A DNA stretch of 64,000 bases from Pseudohongiellaceae bacterium. GTDB taxonomy: Bacteria; Pseudomonadota; Gammaproteobacteria; Pseudomonadales; Pseudohongiellaceae. Both the position numbers and the translations under genes were made by a program. Shown piece by piece: positions 19,144 to 30,402 of this stretch. The stretch lies in the NCBI GenBank assembly GCA_041751425.1, contig JBGSXL010000013.1, positions 78,586 through 142,585 on the forward strand, read 5' to 3'. Under the pieces are notes generated by a model. The model worked only from the letters and a program-made list of their open reading frames with translations. It made no database searches and was not told the origin of the DNA. Position 1 is the first letter of the stretch. Each line of letters begins with the position of its first letter.

Positions 19144-19201
19144 AATAAATGGGGTCAGAGTAAAAATACAGTACTGTATTTTTACTCTGACCCCATTTAT
19201 T
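19144..19201. terminator. 58-nt perfect palindrome; likely bidirectional terminator at the slmA stop
   Basis: AATAAATGGGGTCAGAGTAAAAATACAGT|ACTGTATTTTTACTCTGACCCCATTTATT has perfect dyad symmetry and T-rich tails on both strands. It overlaps the slmA TAA (19200-19202). Confidence 0.7.
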
Positions 19202-19805
19202 AAGCTTCGTTGAACGGGATGAACATGTTCGATTCCAAATATTGCCACTGCTCATCCCAGAACTCAGTGGGCAGCCGCTTGAACTCGCTGCGCACAAACT
19301 GCATCAGGCGCCCCTCGGCTGTCGCCAATAACAGGTCAGCCATTACAGCTGCGGAGATTGTAGTTTTCAGGTTCTCGCGGATCTGCGCCTCACGCAGAAT
19401 CTGTTTCAGTTGCGCCTCAATTCTATCGAACATCTGCATAATGCGGATTCGCAATCTCTCCGTTTCACCGGTTAATGCATCGCCCGTCATCAAGCGCGTC
19501 ATGCCCGGATTTTTTTCCGCGAATGTCAGCAGCAGAGTCAGAATTTTTTCACAACGTTTAGTTGCAGTGCTTTCTTCTACCAGAATACGGTTAATGCGGA
19601 TGAACAAAGTATCTTCGATAAACTTGATCAGGCCCTCGAACATTTTTGCCTTGCTTGGAAAGTGACGATAGAGCGCCGCCTCAGATACACCAACTTCGCG
19701 CGCCAGTGCTGCAGTGGTAATGCGACCTCCCGGGCCGGTTTCCAGCATGCGAGCCAAGGCTTGCAAAATGTTTTCCTTGCGGGAAATTTTCAGTTCGGTT
19801 GCCAT
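19200..19805 (-). CDS. slmA: nucleoid occlusion factor SlmA (TetR family)
   Basis: [40 protein letters not shown] closely matches the E. coli SlmA HTH region. Confidence 0.85.
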   Translation of the reverse strand: MATELKISRKENILQALARMLETGPGGRITTAALAREVGVSEAALYRHFPSKAKMFEGLIKFIEDTLFIRINRILVEESTATKRCEKILTLLLTFAEKNPGMTRLMTGDALTGETERLRIRIMQMFDRIEAQLKQILREAQIRENLKTTISAAVMADLLLATAEGRLMQFVRSEFKRLPTEFWDEQWQYLESNMFIPFNEA

Positions 19806-19854
19806 GGGTGATTTTCAGCCTCTGCTATCTATCTATTAACGATGCTACGTAATT

Positions 19855-20793
<939 letters not shown>

Positions 20794-20876
20794 TCAATTC
20801 ATTGGGTGTAAAGCAGTTGGTTTGTTTGCGCAGAGTATACAGAACACAGCAATTATTTCATCAGTCGGGGCACTCT

Positions 20877-22265
20877 TCAGAAGCCTATGTCCAGTTGATT
20901 ATCAACTTTTCGCAGTAATTCCCGGAACAACTGTTGGATTGCATGGAGTGATTGTTCACTATTGGCTTCAAAGCGCAACAGCAATGCTGGCGTGGTATTG
21001 GAAGCCCGAATCAGCCCCCAGCCATCCTTGAAATCGGCACGCACACCGTCCAGCAGATTCACGGTACCATTCGGGAACTTCGCAACCCTGGCTATACGCT
21101 CCATCAGATCGAATTTTCGGTCATCACTAACGGCAATTCGCAACTCAGGTGTCACGATGCTTGCCGGCAGGCTTTGCAGCATGGTTTCGGCATCGTCAGA
21201 CCCTGCAGCCAGCAATTCCAGAAAGCGCGCCGCTACGTACATTCCGTCATCAAAGCCATACCATCGGTCCTTGATGAATACATGAGCGGAGAACTCGGCA
21301 CCAACTACCGCGCCAGTTTCCAGCATGGTTTGCTTCATGAATGAATGACCGCTGCGGTTGATCACTGGTTTACCATTCAACGCCTGGATCATGGGCACCA
21401 GCAGATTGCTGCATTTAACGTCGAACACGACGCTGGGCTTCTCCTCCCCCGGGTTCTGGTATTTCGGCAGTATTGCACGGATGAACAGCATTAACAGGCG
21501 ATCTGTGTCGATTACGGTGCCGGAATTGGTCACCATGATCACCCGGTCGCCATCCCCATCGAATGCTATGCCCAGATCGGCCTGCTCCTGCCGAACACTG
21601 GCAATCAACTCGACCAGGTTTTCCGCGCAGGTTGGGTCGGGATGATGGTTAGGGAAGTGACCATCCACTTCGCAGAAGAGCTTGGTCACATGGCACCCCA
21701 GGGCTTCGAACAAATCCGGGGCGATCAGGCAGGGCACAGCGTTCCCGCAGTCAACTACCAGGCGCAGGGGGCGTTTCAGTTCAATATCACTGGTTACGCG
21801 CTGTATGTAGGCATCTTTGATATCGAGCGAAGTCAGCGCTCCCTTACCGGTGGTGAACCCACCAAGCTCAATACGCTGTCGCAGTAATTGTATTTGTTCG
21901 GGATTCAGGCAGGTGCGCCGATTAACCATCTTGATCCCGTTATATTCGGCCGGATTATGGCTGGCAGTCAGCATTATCCCAGAGGAAAAAGCGGTTTCGT
22001 GTGTGGCGAAATACAGCAGGGGTGTGGGAATAATACCCAGATGAACCAGGTTACAACCTGTGGATAGGATACCCTTTTGCAATGCAACGGAGAGACTGGG
22101 GCTGGAAAGTCGACCATCAGCACCGGACAGAAGCGTATTCTGACCACTTTCCAGCGCCAGGCTGCCGATGGCTTTACCAATGCGTTCGATGTTCTTTGCG
22201 GTCAGCTCAGTATCAGCAATGCCCCGAATATCGTAGGCTCTGAAAATGTTCGCTGGAACCGTCAT
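20877..22265 (-). CDS. algC: phosphomannomutase/phosphoglucomutase
   Basis: FRAYDIRG near the N-terminus, active-site TASHNP and the metal loop (DGDGDR). The start is taken at ATG 22265; the ORF track uses GTG 22280. Confidence 0.85.
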   Translation of the reverse strand: MTVPANIFRAYDIRGIADTELTAKNIERIGKAIGSLALESGQNTLLSGADGRLSSPSLSVALQKGILSTGCNLVHLGIIPTPLLYFATHETAFSSGIMLTASHNPAEYNGIKMVNRRTCLNPEQIQLLRQRIELGGFTTGKGALTSLDIKDAYIQRVTSDIELKRPLRLVVDCGNAVPCLIAPDLFEALGCHVTKLFCEVDGHFPNHHPDPTCAENLVELIASVRQEQADLGIAFDGDGDRVIMVTNSGTVIDTDRLLMLFIRAILPKYQNPGEEKPSVVFDVKCSNLLVPMIQALNGKPVINRSGHSFMKQTMLETGAVVGAEFSAHVFIKDRWYGFDDGMYVAARFLELLAAGSDDAETMLQSLPASIVTPELRIAVSDDRKFDLMERIARVAKFPNGTVNLLDGVRADFKDGWGLIRASNTTPALLLRFEANSEQSLHAIQQLFRELLRKVDNQLDIGF

Positions 22266-22321
22266 AGATGGAGCTTCCACTGAGTTTAGTGCAGACGCTG
22301 TTTTACAACTCTGTGCTGCAA

Positions 22322-23533
22322 TTAAACCTTTATATCTCCCTTAAGTAAAATATCAAACCGCTGGCGAATCAAGCGCAGCATCTGTAGAGCCACAGCACCC
22401 TTGCTGGCCGGGCCTAGTGACTGCTCACCGTCATGCCACAATGCGGTGGCTGCAATGGAGTCGCTGTTGAAGGTTGCCCCCGCGTCGTTGGCGAATAACA
22501 TATCGAGATTCTTGCGTGTCAACTTCTCGCGCCCATGCACCAGCAGGTCATGCGTTTCGGCGGCAAACCCGACCATGAAGGGGCGCCCGGCCAATGCCGC
22601 TACAGTACTGATGATATCCGGGTTGCGCACCAGTTCCAGGGTCAGCTTATCGGCGGATTTCTTGATCTTCTCCTGGGTTACTGCAGCGGGACGATAGTCG
22701 GCTACTGCAGCAACGCCAATAAAGATATCGCAGTCTGTGCAATGTGCCAGCGTGGCGGCCAGCATATCCTCGGCGCTGATTACGTCTATCCTGTTGACAC
22801 GATCAGGCGTCGCCAGATTCACCGGCCCACTGATCAGGCTGACATGCGCGCCCGCCTGCGCTGCCTGTGCGGCCAATGCGTAGGCCATTTTTCCGGAACT
22901 GTGATTGCTGATGAAACGAACGGGGTCTATGGCTTCACGCGTGGGGCCTGCTGTGATGCATAACTTCAAACCAGCCAGCAATCCTTCTTCAAACACGGCG
23001 GCGCTGGCCTGTAGCAATTGTTCGGGTTCCAGCATTCTGCCGAGACCAACATCGCCACAGGCTTGCTCGCCTTCGCCGGGGCCGAAGATAAGGTAGCCAC
23101 GCTTTCGCAGTGTTTGCAGATTCTCCTTGGTAGAAGTATTGGCCCACATACCCTGATTCATTGCAGGCGCCACCGCGACCGGAGCTTTGGTGGCCAGCAG
23201 CAAGGTGCTCAGTATGTCGCTGGCATGGCCGCTGGCTATGCGCGCCATGAAATCAGCACTGGCAGGAGCGACTAAAACAAGATCCGGCCACCGGGCCAGC
23301 TCGATATGTCCCATGCCTGCCTCGGCATCAGCATCGAGCAATTCAAGATGTACGCGATTGCCGGACAGGGCTTGCATGGTCAGGGGTGTAATGAACTCGG
23401 TGGCTGCATGCGTCATGACCACGCGCACGTCTGCGCCGGCCTTCACAAAAAGGCGGCAGAGTTCAGCAGTTTTGTAAGCCGCTATGCCACCGGTTATGCC
23501 CAACAGAATGCGTTTATTGGCGAGTCGTTTCAT
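22322..23533 (-). CDS. coaBC: bifunctional phosphopantothenoylcysteine decarboxylase / phosphopantothenate-cysteine ligase
   Basis: Flavoprotein N-terminus ([13 protein letters not shown]), a C-terminal DFP domain ([14 protein letters not shown]) and ~400 aa. Confidence 0.9.
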   Translation of the reverse strand: MKRLANKRILLGITGGIAAYKTAELCRLFVKAGADVRVVMTHAATEFITPLTMQALSGNRVHLELLDADAEAGMGHIELARWPDLVLVAPASADFMARIASGHASDILSTLLLATKAPVAVAPAMNQGMWANTSTKENLQTLRKRGYLIFGPGEGEQACGDVGLGRMLEPEQLLQASAAVFEEGLLAGLKLCITAGPTREAIDPVRFISNHSSGKMAYALAAQAAQAGAHVSLISGPVNLATPDRVNRIDVISAEDMLAATLAHCTDCDIFIGVAAVADYRPAAVTQEKIKKSADKLTLELVRNPDIISTVAALAGRPFMVGFAAETHDLLVHGREKLTRKNLDMLFANDAGATFNSDSIAATALWHDGEQSLGPASKGAVALQMLRLIRQRFDILLKGDIKV

Positions 23534-23660
23534 GCGCGAAGACTAGCACAATTTGAGCTAACGCCGCTAACGAGCAGATTCCCCGGGCTCTGCTATTCTC
23601 CATAGGGGTGCGTTGCAATGAGTTGCATAAAAGGAGCGCGACTTGACCAGGAGGGTTGTT

Positions 23661-24335
23661 ATGAAAATCAAGGATTGGCCATTGGCTGAGCGGCCACGGG
23701 AAAAATTACTGAGTAGCGGGCCCGCGGGTTTATCGGACGCCGAGTTGCTGGCCATTTTCCTGCGCACGGGTATGCGCGGCAGAACAGCCATAGATGTGGC
23801 GCGCGATCTGCTGAAGAAATTTGGTTCTTTGACCGGCATACTCGGCGTCAGCGCTGCTGAATTCTGCACTGAACCGGGACTGGGGCCAGGCAAGTTTGTG
23901 CAGCTGCAGGCGGCGCTGGAGTTGTCACAAAGGCATTTACGCGAAAAGCTCGCCTGCAGTGACGCGCTGACTAATTCCGATCTCACTCGAGACTACCTGC
24001 GCGCCCGGCTGCGCAGCTATCAGCGCGAGGTCTTCGCTTGTCTGTATCTGGACAACCAACACCGCGTGCTGGCTATGGAGGAGTTGTTTCTGGGGACCAT
24101 CGATGGGGCTGCTGTGTATCCCCGCGAAGTGGTCAAGCGCTGCCTGCACAACAATGCAGCAGCGGTGATCTTTGCTCACAACCACCCTTCCGGAGTGGCA
24201 GAACCCAGTCAGGCGGATATCAGTGTCACCAACCGCCTCAAAAGCGCACTGAACACCATCGACGTGCGCGTGCTCGATCATGTGGTGGTGGGTAACATGG
24301 ACGTCGTTTCCTTTGCCGAGCGCGGCTTGCTGTAG
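23661..24335 (+). CDS. radC: RadC-family JAMM-motif protein
   Basis: ERPREKLL near the N-terminus, the HNHPSG JAMM motif and GGAGGG 5 nt upstream of ATG 23661. Confidence 0.85.
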   Translation: MKIKDWPLAERPREKLLSSGPAGLSDAELLAIFLRTGMRGRTAIDVARDLLKKFGSLTGILGVSAAEFCTEPGLGPGKFVQLQAALELSQRHLREKLACSDALTNSDLTRDYLRARLRSYQREVFACLYLDNQHRVLAMEELFLGTIDGAAVYPREVVKRCLHNNAAAVIFAHNHPSGVAEPSQADISVTNRLKSALNTIDVRVLDHVVVGNMDVVSFAERGLL

Positions 24336-24421
24336 AACGGCAGCATTTATTGTGCGACTTCCCGCCGATAGCGATAACTCGGTACAATGCGGCTTTTGCT
24401 TAATTGCACGAAATACAAAGG

Positions 24422-27400
24422 ATGACAGCCATTACACGCATAGATGCCACTCCACTGGTTTCCATTATCTGCCGCACTATGAACCGTAATAGTCTGCAAG
24501 ATACTTTGCAGTCGGTGTTCAATCAGACCTGGCCAGCGCTGGAACTGGTGTTGGTAGATGCCGCCAATGTTGGCGCAGCTGTACTCTCTGATATTGCGAA
24601 AAACATAACGGAGACGACCCACGTCTCGCTGAACATCGTTAGCACCGGCGAACCTTTGAACCGCCCCCAGGCAGCCAATGTCGGTCTGGTCGCTGCGGCA
24701 GGCAGCTTTCTTATGTTTCTGGATGATGATGATTGGATCGCAGCGGAGCATATCAGTCGTCTGGTAGCAACTGCGAAAAGTCATCCGGACTTTCAGGTTA
24801 TTTACAGTGCCACGCAGAAAACTGATGCAGAGGCGACGCTACTTGAAGAAATCATCGCTGTGCCATTTGATCAAACCGTGCTTCGCCGCGACAATTTCAT
24901 TCCCATCCACGCTGCACTGTTTTCTGCAACATTGCGCGATAAAGGTTGTCGGTTCGATGAAGCGCTGGACGTTTACGAAGACTGGGATTTCTGGTTGCAG
25001 TGCGCGGAACATACGGATTTTTTCCTTGATAACACTGTGGGCGCCTTCTATCGCATGGGTGGGAGTTCGGAAACCATGCTCACCGATCACCGGGCGCGTT
25101 ATCAACCGGGGCATCCAATGGCTGAGGCGCGCGCGAAATTGCTCGACAAATGGAAATCGCGCTGGACCGGCGCACAATGGAATGCTTTGCTTGGGCTGGT
25201 AGATCAGACAACTCTGGTGCATGCGCTACACAAAGAATTGGGACATACTCATCGACAATTGCATGAAGAACAAAAAAATCTGGCAAAACTGAGCAATGAT
25301 CTGCGACTCATGGCAGAGCTGAACAGGAATTTAAGACAGGCACATCAACAGTTACATCAGCATTTACATGAAAAACAACAACAGCTGGAACAGCTGAACA
25401 CGGATCTGGAACAGTTGAACGAGGATCTGGGGCAGGCCGATCAACAGCTACATGAAAAACAACTAAATCTAGCTCAGCTGCGAAAAGAATACGAAGCGTT
25501 ACAGGTCGCTCAATCTGAACTCAATCTTGCCCATCTGGCGTTAGATAAGGGCGTTCGGGAAATTCTGACTTCATTCTCCTGGCGTGTAACGGCGCCCTAT
25601 CGCTGGACCCGGCGCAGAATCAGCGATGTTCTGACCCCCGCACTACTCTGGCGCCGGAGAACGCCTACAGAAAAGCCATTGACCATTAGCAACCCCAGCG
25701 CAGCCAACCCCTTACTCTGCGGGATCGTCAACCCGACCACCGACCACCAGTTTTTCAGCACAACCATCACCATACAGGCCTGGGCCTGGTCTCCCACTCC
25801 GCTGCAAGCTATTGACTTGTTGATTGACGGTAAATACCAGCAGAGCATCGAACCACTGCCATATCATGAGGCCTTGGAAGAGGCAAAACGCATCGGTTTT
25901 GCTCGGACCATCGACGCGGACAGTCTTAGCCCAGGTGAGCATGTCATAACGCTGGTTTGCACAGATAAAGATGACCATCGAATGGAATGCCAACGTCGCT
26001 TCGTCTACAAGCAATCGCAGGCTTTGTATTCTCGCTGGCGACTTGCACAGATAACCACACCAAAGATAACCGAGCAGCCTAAAAAGAATTTCCATGTGCT
26101 GCTTCGCGTAACCGCCCCTGACATGCAAAACACTGATGCATTGCTGGCGACATTAAGCAGCTTGGCTGTGCAGGATTTAACGGAATTCCCGCAGGTGCGA
26201 TGGCATTGCAGCATCCTCAGCGCGGCCGCAAATCACGCCATATTACAGCAGTTGTTGTCTACCCATACTACTTGGAGCCAGATCCAGTTCATCACAGATC
26301 AAACCGGGTTCAGCCCCCCTTCAGACAGCGTAGTGGCACTGATGCAGGCGGGCGATGTGCTGCATCCGAGCTGCTTGAGTAATGTTGCCGTGGCTTGGCA
26401 ACCGTCTACACAGATGCTGTACACCGACCATGATCGCATGGACAAAGATGGTAATTTCAAGGATCCGTGGTTCACCTTTGCCTGGAGCCCAGAGCTGTTG
26501 TTGAGTCAGAACTATATTGGCGGTGTCTACTTTATCGAGGCAGACATCTTACCGACACTGGCGTTGGATTCTCTTGCCTGGCGCTACGACTGCCTGCTGC
26601 AATTGCGCGAACAGCTTAAATTTGAGCAGGTGACACGCATTCCTCGCGTGCTCTGGAGCGAGCCCGACGCCATTGCAGAAATCGACACGAAAGCAACTCA
26701 ACAAGCCGAGATTGATGCGCTTCGTGCACGCATGGCAGTGCAAGGTTGTCATATCGAAACTCCCTGGCCGGAAGAGATAGATATCCGGCGAACAATTAGT
26801 CCATTGCCATCGCAAATTCCCAGAGTGTCAATCATTATCCCGACAACAGGGAATATGCACTTTCTCAAGCCCTGCCTTGATACGCTGGGTACAACCGACT
26901 ATCCGGATTTTGAAATCATCATTCTGGACAACAGTAGGGGAAAGCACTCGCAGGGTATTGATTATGCCCGTGAAGCAGGTGCCGTGATCGTCGATTGTGA
27001 TGAAGCCTTCAATTGGTCACGTCTGAACAACAAGGGCGCGGACAAAAGTTCGGGTGAAATCCTTTTATTCCTGAACGATGATATTGAAATAGTGCAGTCC
27101 GACTGGTTACAGGAGCTGGTGCGGCAAGTATTGCAGGATAACGTTGGTACTGTAGGGTGCCTCCTGCTTTACCCCAACGGGGCAATTCAGCATGGCGGTG
27201 TTTTTCTGGTTGACCATGGCGGTGGTGCGCGCCATTTCTTTCACAAACAATTGCCCGGAGCTGGCATTTATCAACGATTGGACAAATGTGTGCGGGAAGT
27301 ATCAGCAAGCACTGGTGCATGCCTGATGATTCGAAGAGATTTCTTTGAAAAGCTGGGGCGTTTTGACGAGGAATTATCCATTGTCGGCAACGATATCGAC

Positions 27401-28786
27401 TTATGCCTGCGCAGCCTGCAGGCCGGAATGCGCAATATTTGGACGCCCCACAGCGTACTTATCCATCATGAAAGCGTTAGTCGCCAGAGCAAACCTATTG
27501 GCAAGGACGAAAAAACCATGTGGCAGAGGTGGGGTCAAAGCTTCAAAAAAGGAGACCCGTATTACAACCCTTCGCTGAGTATGTCCCGGGAAGACTGCGC
27601 TTTGGCAACCCAGGCAACAATGTCTGGTCTACCGTCAACTTCGACCCAAGGCGAGTATGGAGTCAATCTTATCGCATACATCCGGGCCAGCATGGGTGTT
27701 GGTGAGGCGGCGCGCGGCAATGCCGCTGCCTTGCTAGCCTCTGGCTGTACTTTTGGCATAGTCAATTATGAGCGCGGCAATCCCTCTCGCATGGACAATC
27801 TGCGTTGGCACCACAAGGAAATAGCCAGACCACACTTCCAGATCAATCTGTGGCATATCAACGCCGATCACCTGCCGAAGGTCATGAGCGATGTAGGACC
27901 TGCTTGGTTCAGCGGGCGCTACAATATCGGCTTCTGGGCCTGGGAGATGCCGGAGTTCCCCGATCGATGGCTAAGCAGTTTCGATTTGCTGGACGAAATA
28001 TGGGTGCCGTCAAATTATGTGAATCAAGCCGTTGCTGCCAAGTCACCAGTACCTGTGGTCACCATACCGCACGTTATCGATATTGATGCAGCGGGTGCAC
28101 AGCTATATTCCCGAGATTATTTTGGTATCAATAGCCAGGCGTTCGTTTTTATCAGCATGTTTGATACACATAGCATTGCCCAGCGCAAAAATCCGCTTGG
28201 ATCGATACTGGCCTTCCAGCAAGCGTTTGCTGCAGACGAGACGGCGGTTCAACTCGTCATCAAAGTGAACAACCCCGATGCTGCCAGCACAGCGATGCTC
28301 AGCGATTGTATTGGCGACTATAAGAACATATTGGTCCTTGACAAGCATCTCGACCGCCAACAGATCGACTCCCTGATCAATTGCAGTAATTGTTACGTAT
28401 CACTGCATCATGCTGAAGGGTTCGGCCTTGGCCCTGCCGAAGCGATGGCATTGGGGAAGGTTGCGCTGTTGACTGACTGGTCGGGCAATACCGAATACAT
28501 GACTGCCGATAACTGTGTCCCAATCAGGTACAGCCTGGAAACGCTTGGGAAAGATTTCGGCCCCTACGAAGCTCATCAGCACTGGGCTGTGGCTGACATA
28601 CAGCATGCAGCGAGCGAGATGAAAGATCTGGCCAGTAACCCGGCAAGAGTCGCAGCCATCGGCAGACAAGCCAAAATGACGATCGAACAGTCTTTCTCCG
28701 CTCAGGCCATAGGTGAGCGTATGCGCAGACGCCTGCAGAGTTTCGAACGATTACTAACAGCCAGGCGGGCGGCTAACGTAAAATAA
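24422..28786 (+). CDS. giant multidomain glycosyltransferase (GT2 / coiled coil / GT2 / GT4)
   Basis: The first GT2 has VSIICRT...FLDDDDW. A heptad-like coiled coil has repeated QLHEKQ.L..L. The second GT2 has VSIIIPTTG...FLNDDIE. The C-terminal GT4 has the EX7E motif (HAEGFGLGPAEAMALG). The start is TTG 24404 or ATG 24422. Confidence 0.85.
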   Translation: MTAITRIDATPLVSIICRTMNRNSLQDTLQSVFNQTWPALELVLVDAANVGAAVLSDIAKNITETTHVSLNIVSTGEPLNRPQAANVGLVAAAGSFLMFLDDDDWIAAEHISRLVATAKSHPDFQVIYSATQKTDAEATLLEEIIAVPFDQTVLRRDNFIPIHAALFSATLRDKGCRFDEALDVYEDWDFWLQCAEHTDFFLDNTVGAFYRMGGSSETMLTDHRARYQPGHPMAEARAKLLDKWKSRWTGAQWNALLGLVDQTTLVHALHKELGHTHRQLHEEQKNLAKLSNDLRLMAELNRNLRQAHQQLHQHLHEKQQQLEQLNTDLEQLNEDLGQADQQLHEKQLNLAQLRKEYEALQVAQSELNLAHLALDKGVREILTSFSWRVTAPYRWTRRRISDVLTPALLWRRRTPTEKPLTISNPSAANPLLCGIVNPTTDHQFFSTTITIQAWAWSPTPLQAIDLLIDGKYQQSIEPLPYHEALEEAKRIGFARTIDADSLSPGEHVITLVCTDKDDHRMECQRRFVYKQSQALYSRWRLAQITTPKITEQPKKNFHVLLRVTAPDMQNTDALLATLSSLAVQDLTEFPQVRWHCSILSAAANHAILQQLLSTHTTWSQIQFITDQTGFSPPSDSVVALMQAGDVLHPSCLSNVAVAWQPSTQMLYTDHDRMDKDGNFKDPWFTFAWSPELLLSQNYIGGVYFIEADILPTLALDSLAWRYDCLLQLREQLKFEQVTRIPRVLWSEPDAIAEIDTKATQQAEIDALRARMAVQGCHIETPWPEEIDIRRTISPLPSQIPRVSIIIPTTGNMHFLKPCLDTLGTTDYPDFEIIILDNSRGKHSQGIDYAREAGAVIVDCDEAFNWSRLNNKGADKSSGEILLFLNDDIEIVQSDWLQELVRQVLQDNVGTVGCLLLYPNGAIQHGGVFLVDHGGGARHFFHKQLPGAGIYQRLDKCVREVSASTGACLMIRRDFFEKLGRFDEELSIVGNDIDLCLRSLQAGMRNIWTPHSVLIHHESVSRQSKPIGKDEKTMWQRWGQSFKKGDPYYNPSLSMSREDCALATQATMSGLPSTSTQGEYGVNLIAYIRASMGVGEAARGNAAALLASGCTFGIVNYERGNPSRMDNLRWHHKEIARPHFQINLWHINADHLPKVMSDVGPAWFSGRYNIGFWAWEMPEFPDRWLSSFDLLDEIWVPSNYVNQAVAAKSPVPVVTIPHVIDIDAAGAQLYSRDYFGINSQAFVFISMFDTHSIAQRKNPLGSILAFQQAFAADETAVQLVIKVNNPDAASTAMLSDCIGDYKNILVLDKHLDRQQIDSLINCSNCYVSLHHAEGFGLGPAEAMALGKVALLTDWSGNTEYMTADNCVPIRYSLETLGKDFGPYEAHQHWAVADIQHAASEMKDLASNPARVAAIGRQAKMTIEQSFSAQAIGERMRRRLQSFERLLTARRAANVK

Positions 28787-28797
28787 ATATCCAACTC

Positions 28798-28826
28798 TTG
28801 CTATTAATGAGCCGTTTTGGTATAAA
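28798..28826 (+). promoter_or_regulatory. candidate sigma-70 promoter of rpmB-rpmG
   Basis: TTGCTA, a 17-nt spacer, then TATAAA, about 65 nt upstream of the rpmB ATG. Confidence 0.4.
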
Positions 28827-28892
28827 ACGCAGCTCTTTTTTGGGTCGGCAGGGCATACGCCCCCACCCTGGTTTAAGTAACGAGGCAAGGCA

Positions 28893-29129
28893 ATGGCTAA
28901 CGTATGTATCGTAACTGGGAAGCGTCCCGTTACTGGCAACAATGTTTCACACGCGAACAACAAGACCAGACGTCGGTTTTCGCCAAATACGCAGACGCAC
29001 CGTTTCTGGGTTGAATCAGAGAAGCGTTTTGTGAAGTTGAGAGTCTCCACCAAGGGTATGCGTACTATCGACAAGAAGGGCATAGACGCCGTTCTGACTG
29101 ATATTCGTGCCAGCGGCGTGAAAGTCTAA
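28893..29129 (+). CDS. rpmB: 50S ribosomal protein L28
   Basis: [29 protein letters not shown] is canonical L28. Confidence 0.95.
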   Translation: MANVCIVTGKRPVTGNNVSHANNKTRRRFSPNTQTHRFWVESEKRFVKLRVSTKGMRTIDKKGIDAVLTDIRASGVKV

Positions 29130-29169
29130 AAATCTAATTTATTTATCCTGATTCAGGTGGGATGCAGCG

Positions 29170-29325
29170 ATGCGCGATAAGATCAAAATGGTTTCTTCTG
29201 AGAATACCGGTCATTACTACACAACTGACAAGAATAAGCGTACTACTCCAGATAAGCTGGAAAAGAAAATGTACGACCCGGTTGTGCGCAAACACGTTAT
29301 GTACAAGGAAGCCAAGATCAAGTAA
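29170..29325 (+). CDS. rpmG: 50S ribosomal protein L33
   Basis: Hand-translated 51-aa ORF ([51 protein letters not shown]). It is below the ORF-track cutoff and sits in the canonical position after rpmB. Confidence 0.9.
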   Translation: MRDKIKMVSSENTGHYYTTDKNKRTTPDKLEKKMYDPVVRKHVMYKEAKIK

Positions 29326-29380
29326 ATATTGATCGTGCTTTCTGGTTGAACAGAAGATCGCAGTTGTATGAAACGATTAT

Positions 29381-29417
29381 AAAAAAAGGGTCACGCCTGC
29401 AGGTGTGACCCTTTTTT
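29381..29417. terminator. bidirectional rho-independent terminator
   Basis: A7, then the stem GGGTCACGCC / GGTGTGACCC (one mismatch, loop TGCA), then T6. It lies between convergent rpmG and the Y1-transposase-like gene. Confidence 0.8.
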
Positions 29418-29430
29418 GATGCCCTCGGAA

Positions 29431-30402
29431 TTACTTCTTCTGCTTGCTCAAGTCTTTGATCAGCTTATTGGTTGCTGTCAGGACCTTCGGATTCTCAACA
29501 AACTCTTTCTTCAATTTGCCAACCGTTGTTGAGACAGTGCCATAGCGCTTGAGCTTGAACAGCTTGGCGATGGACTGCAGCGTAACCGCTGATAACTCCT
29601 GACACAGATACATCGCAACCCAGCGTGGCACGTTCTTCGAACCGGGGCCACGCGCTGCCATGTAAATGCTTTCCTCTTTCACTTTAAACTGCTTGGCTAC
29701 AGCCTTGACTATCTCAGCGCAGGACGGACGCCACTTCGCATTTGCTCCGCGAGAGACGCCGCGCGTCTTGGTGGCAGAGCGCTTGGTTTTGGCAGACTTC
29801 TTGAACTTCTCATCACCCATTACGGACGACAGGTTTTTCTTGCCATAGAAGTGCGCCAACTCTTCATCAACGCCTTGCTTCACGTAAGCAGCATAGCCGC
29901 TGTAGCGTTTCGCGCCAGTTGCCCCCAGTTGTGCCAGAGCCTCATCGCGCACCAGCCATCCCGGAACTTTAGCCTTGTTGATATAAGCCTGGTAGCTTGA
30001 CCACTTCCAGCTGTCCAGATCTGCTTTGCGCACACCCGAATGAATGTAACGGGACAGAGGCAGCAGGTACTTTTCTGGTTGTACCAACACCGCCTTGTAA
30101 CGACCTCGGAACAGCGAACCTTCGGATTTTTTTAGTTTCTGATAATGCTGGGTATACAGGCCATCAATCTGGCGCATGAAGCGGCTGAGATTACCCTCAG
30201 GCGTTTTGATCAGCAGATGGTATTGATCCTTCAGCAGACAATACGCGTGTACCTGTACATTAAGGCGAAAACAGGTTTCTTCCAGCGAGGCGAGGAACGC
30301 CTCGAAATACTTATCGGAAGGGAATACGCGCTGATTGTCCAGCGCGAAATTGGAGACGTGGTAATAAGCGTCTGGATATTCAATTCGTAATGGTCTGGCC
30401 AT
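29431..30402 (-). CDS. IS200/Y1-transposase-like (RAYT-like) domain protein with a DnaA-C-terminal-like HTH tail
   Basis: The N-terminus (PLRIEYPDAYYHVSNF...VHAYCLLKDQYHLLIKTPEGNLSRFMRQIDGLYTQ) fits the Y1_Tnp HUH fold pattern. The C-terminus (PRWVAMYLCQELSAVTLQSIAKLFKLKRYGTVSTTV) resembles DnaA domain IV. Confidence 0.7.
   Translation of the reverse strand: MARPLRIEYPDAYYHVSNFALDNQRVFPSDKYFEAFLASLEETCFRLNVQVHAYCLLKDQYHLLIKTPEGNLSRFMRQIDGLYTQHYQKLKKSEGSLFRGRYKAVLVQPEKYLLPLSRYIHSGVRKADLDSWKWSSYQAYINKAKVPGWLVRDEALAQLGATGAKRYSGYAAYVKQGVDEELAHFYGKKNLSSVMGDEKFKKSAKTKRSATKTRGVSRGANAKWRPSCAEIVKAVAKQFKVKEESIYMAARGPGSKNVPRWVAMYLCQELSAVTLQSIAKLFKLKRYGTVSTTVGKLKKEFVENPKVLTATNKLIKDLSKQKK

Noticed and set aside
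19160-19185. Possible LexA (SOS) box, because of the CTGT/ACAG elements in the palindrome centre.
   Set aside because: The order is ACAG-TA-CTGT with no 8-nt spacer, not CTGT-N8-ACAG. It does not fit the gammaproteobacterial SOS box.
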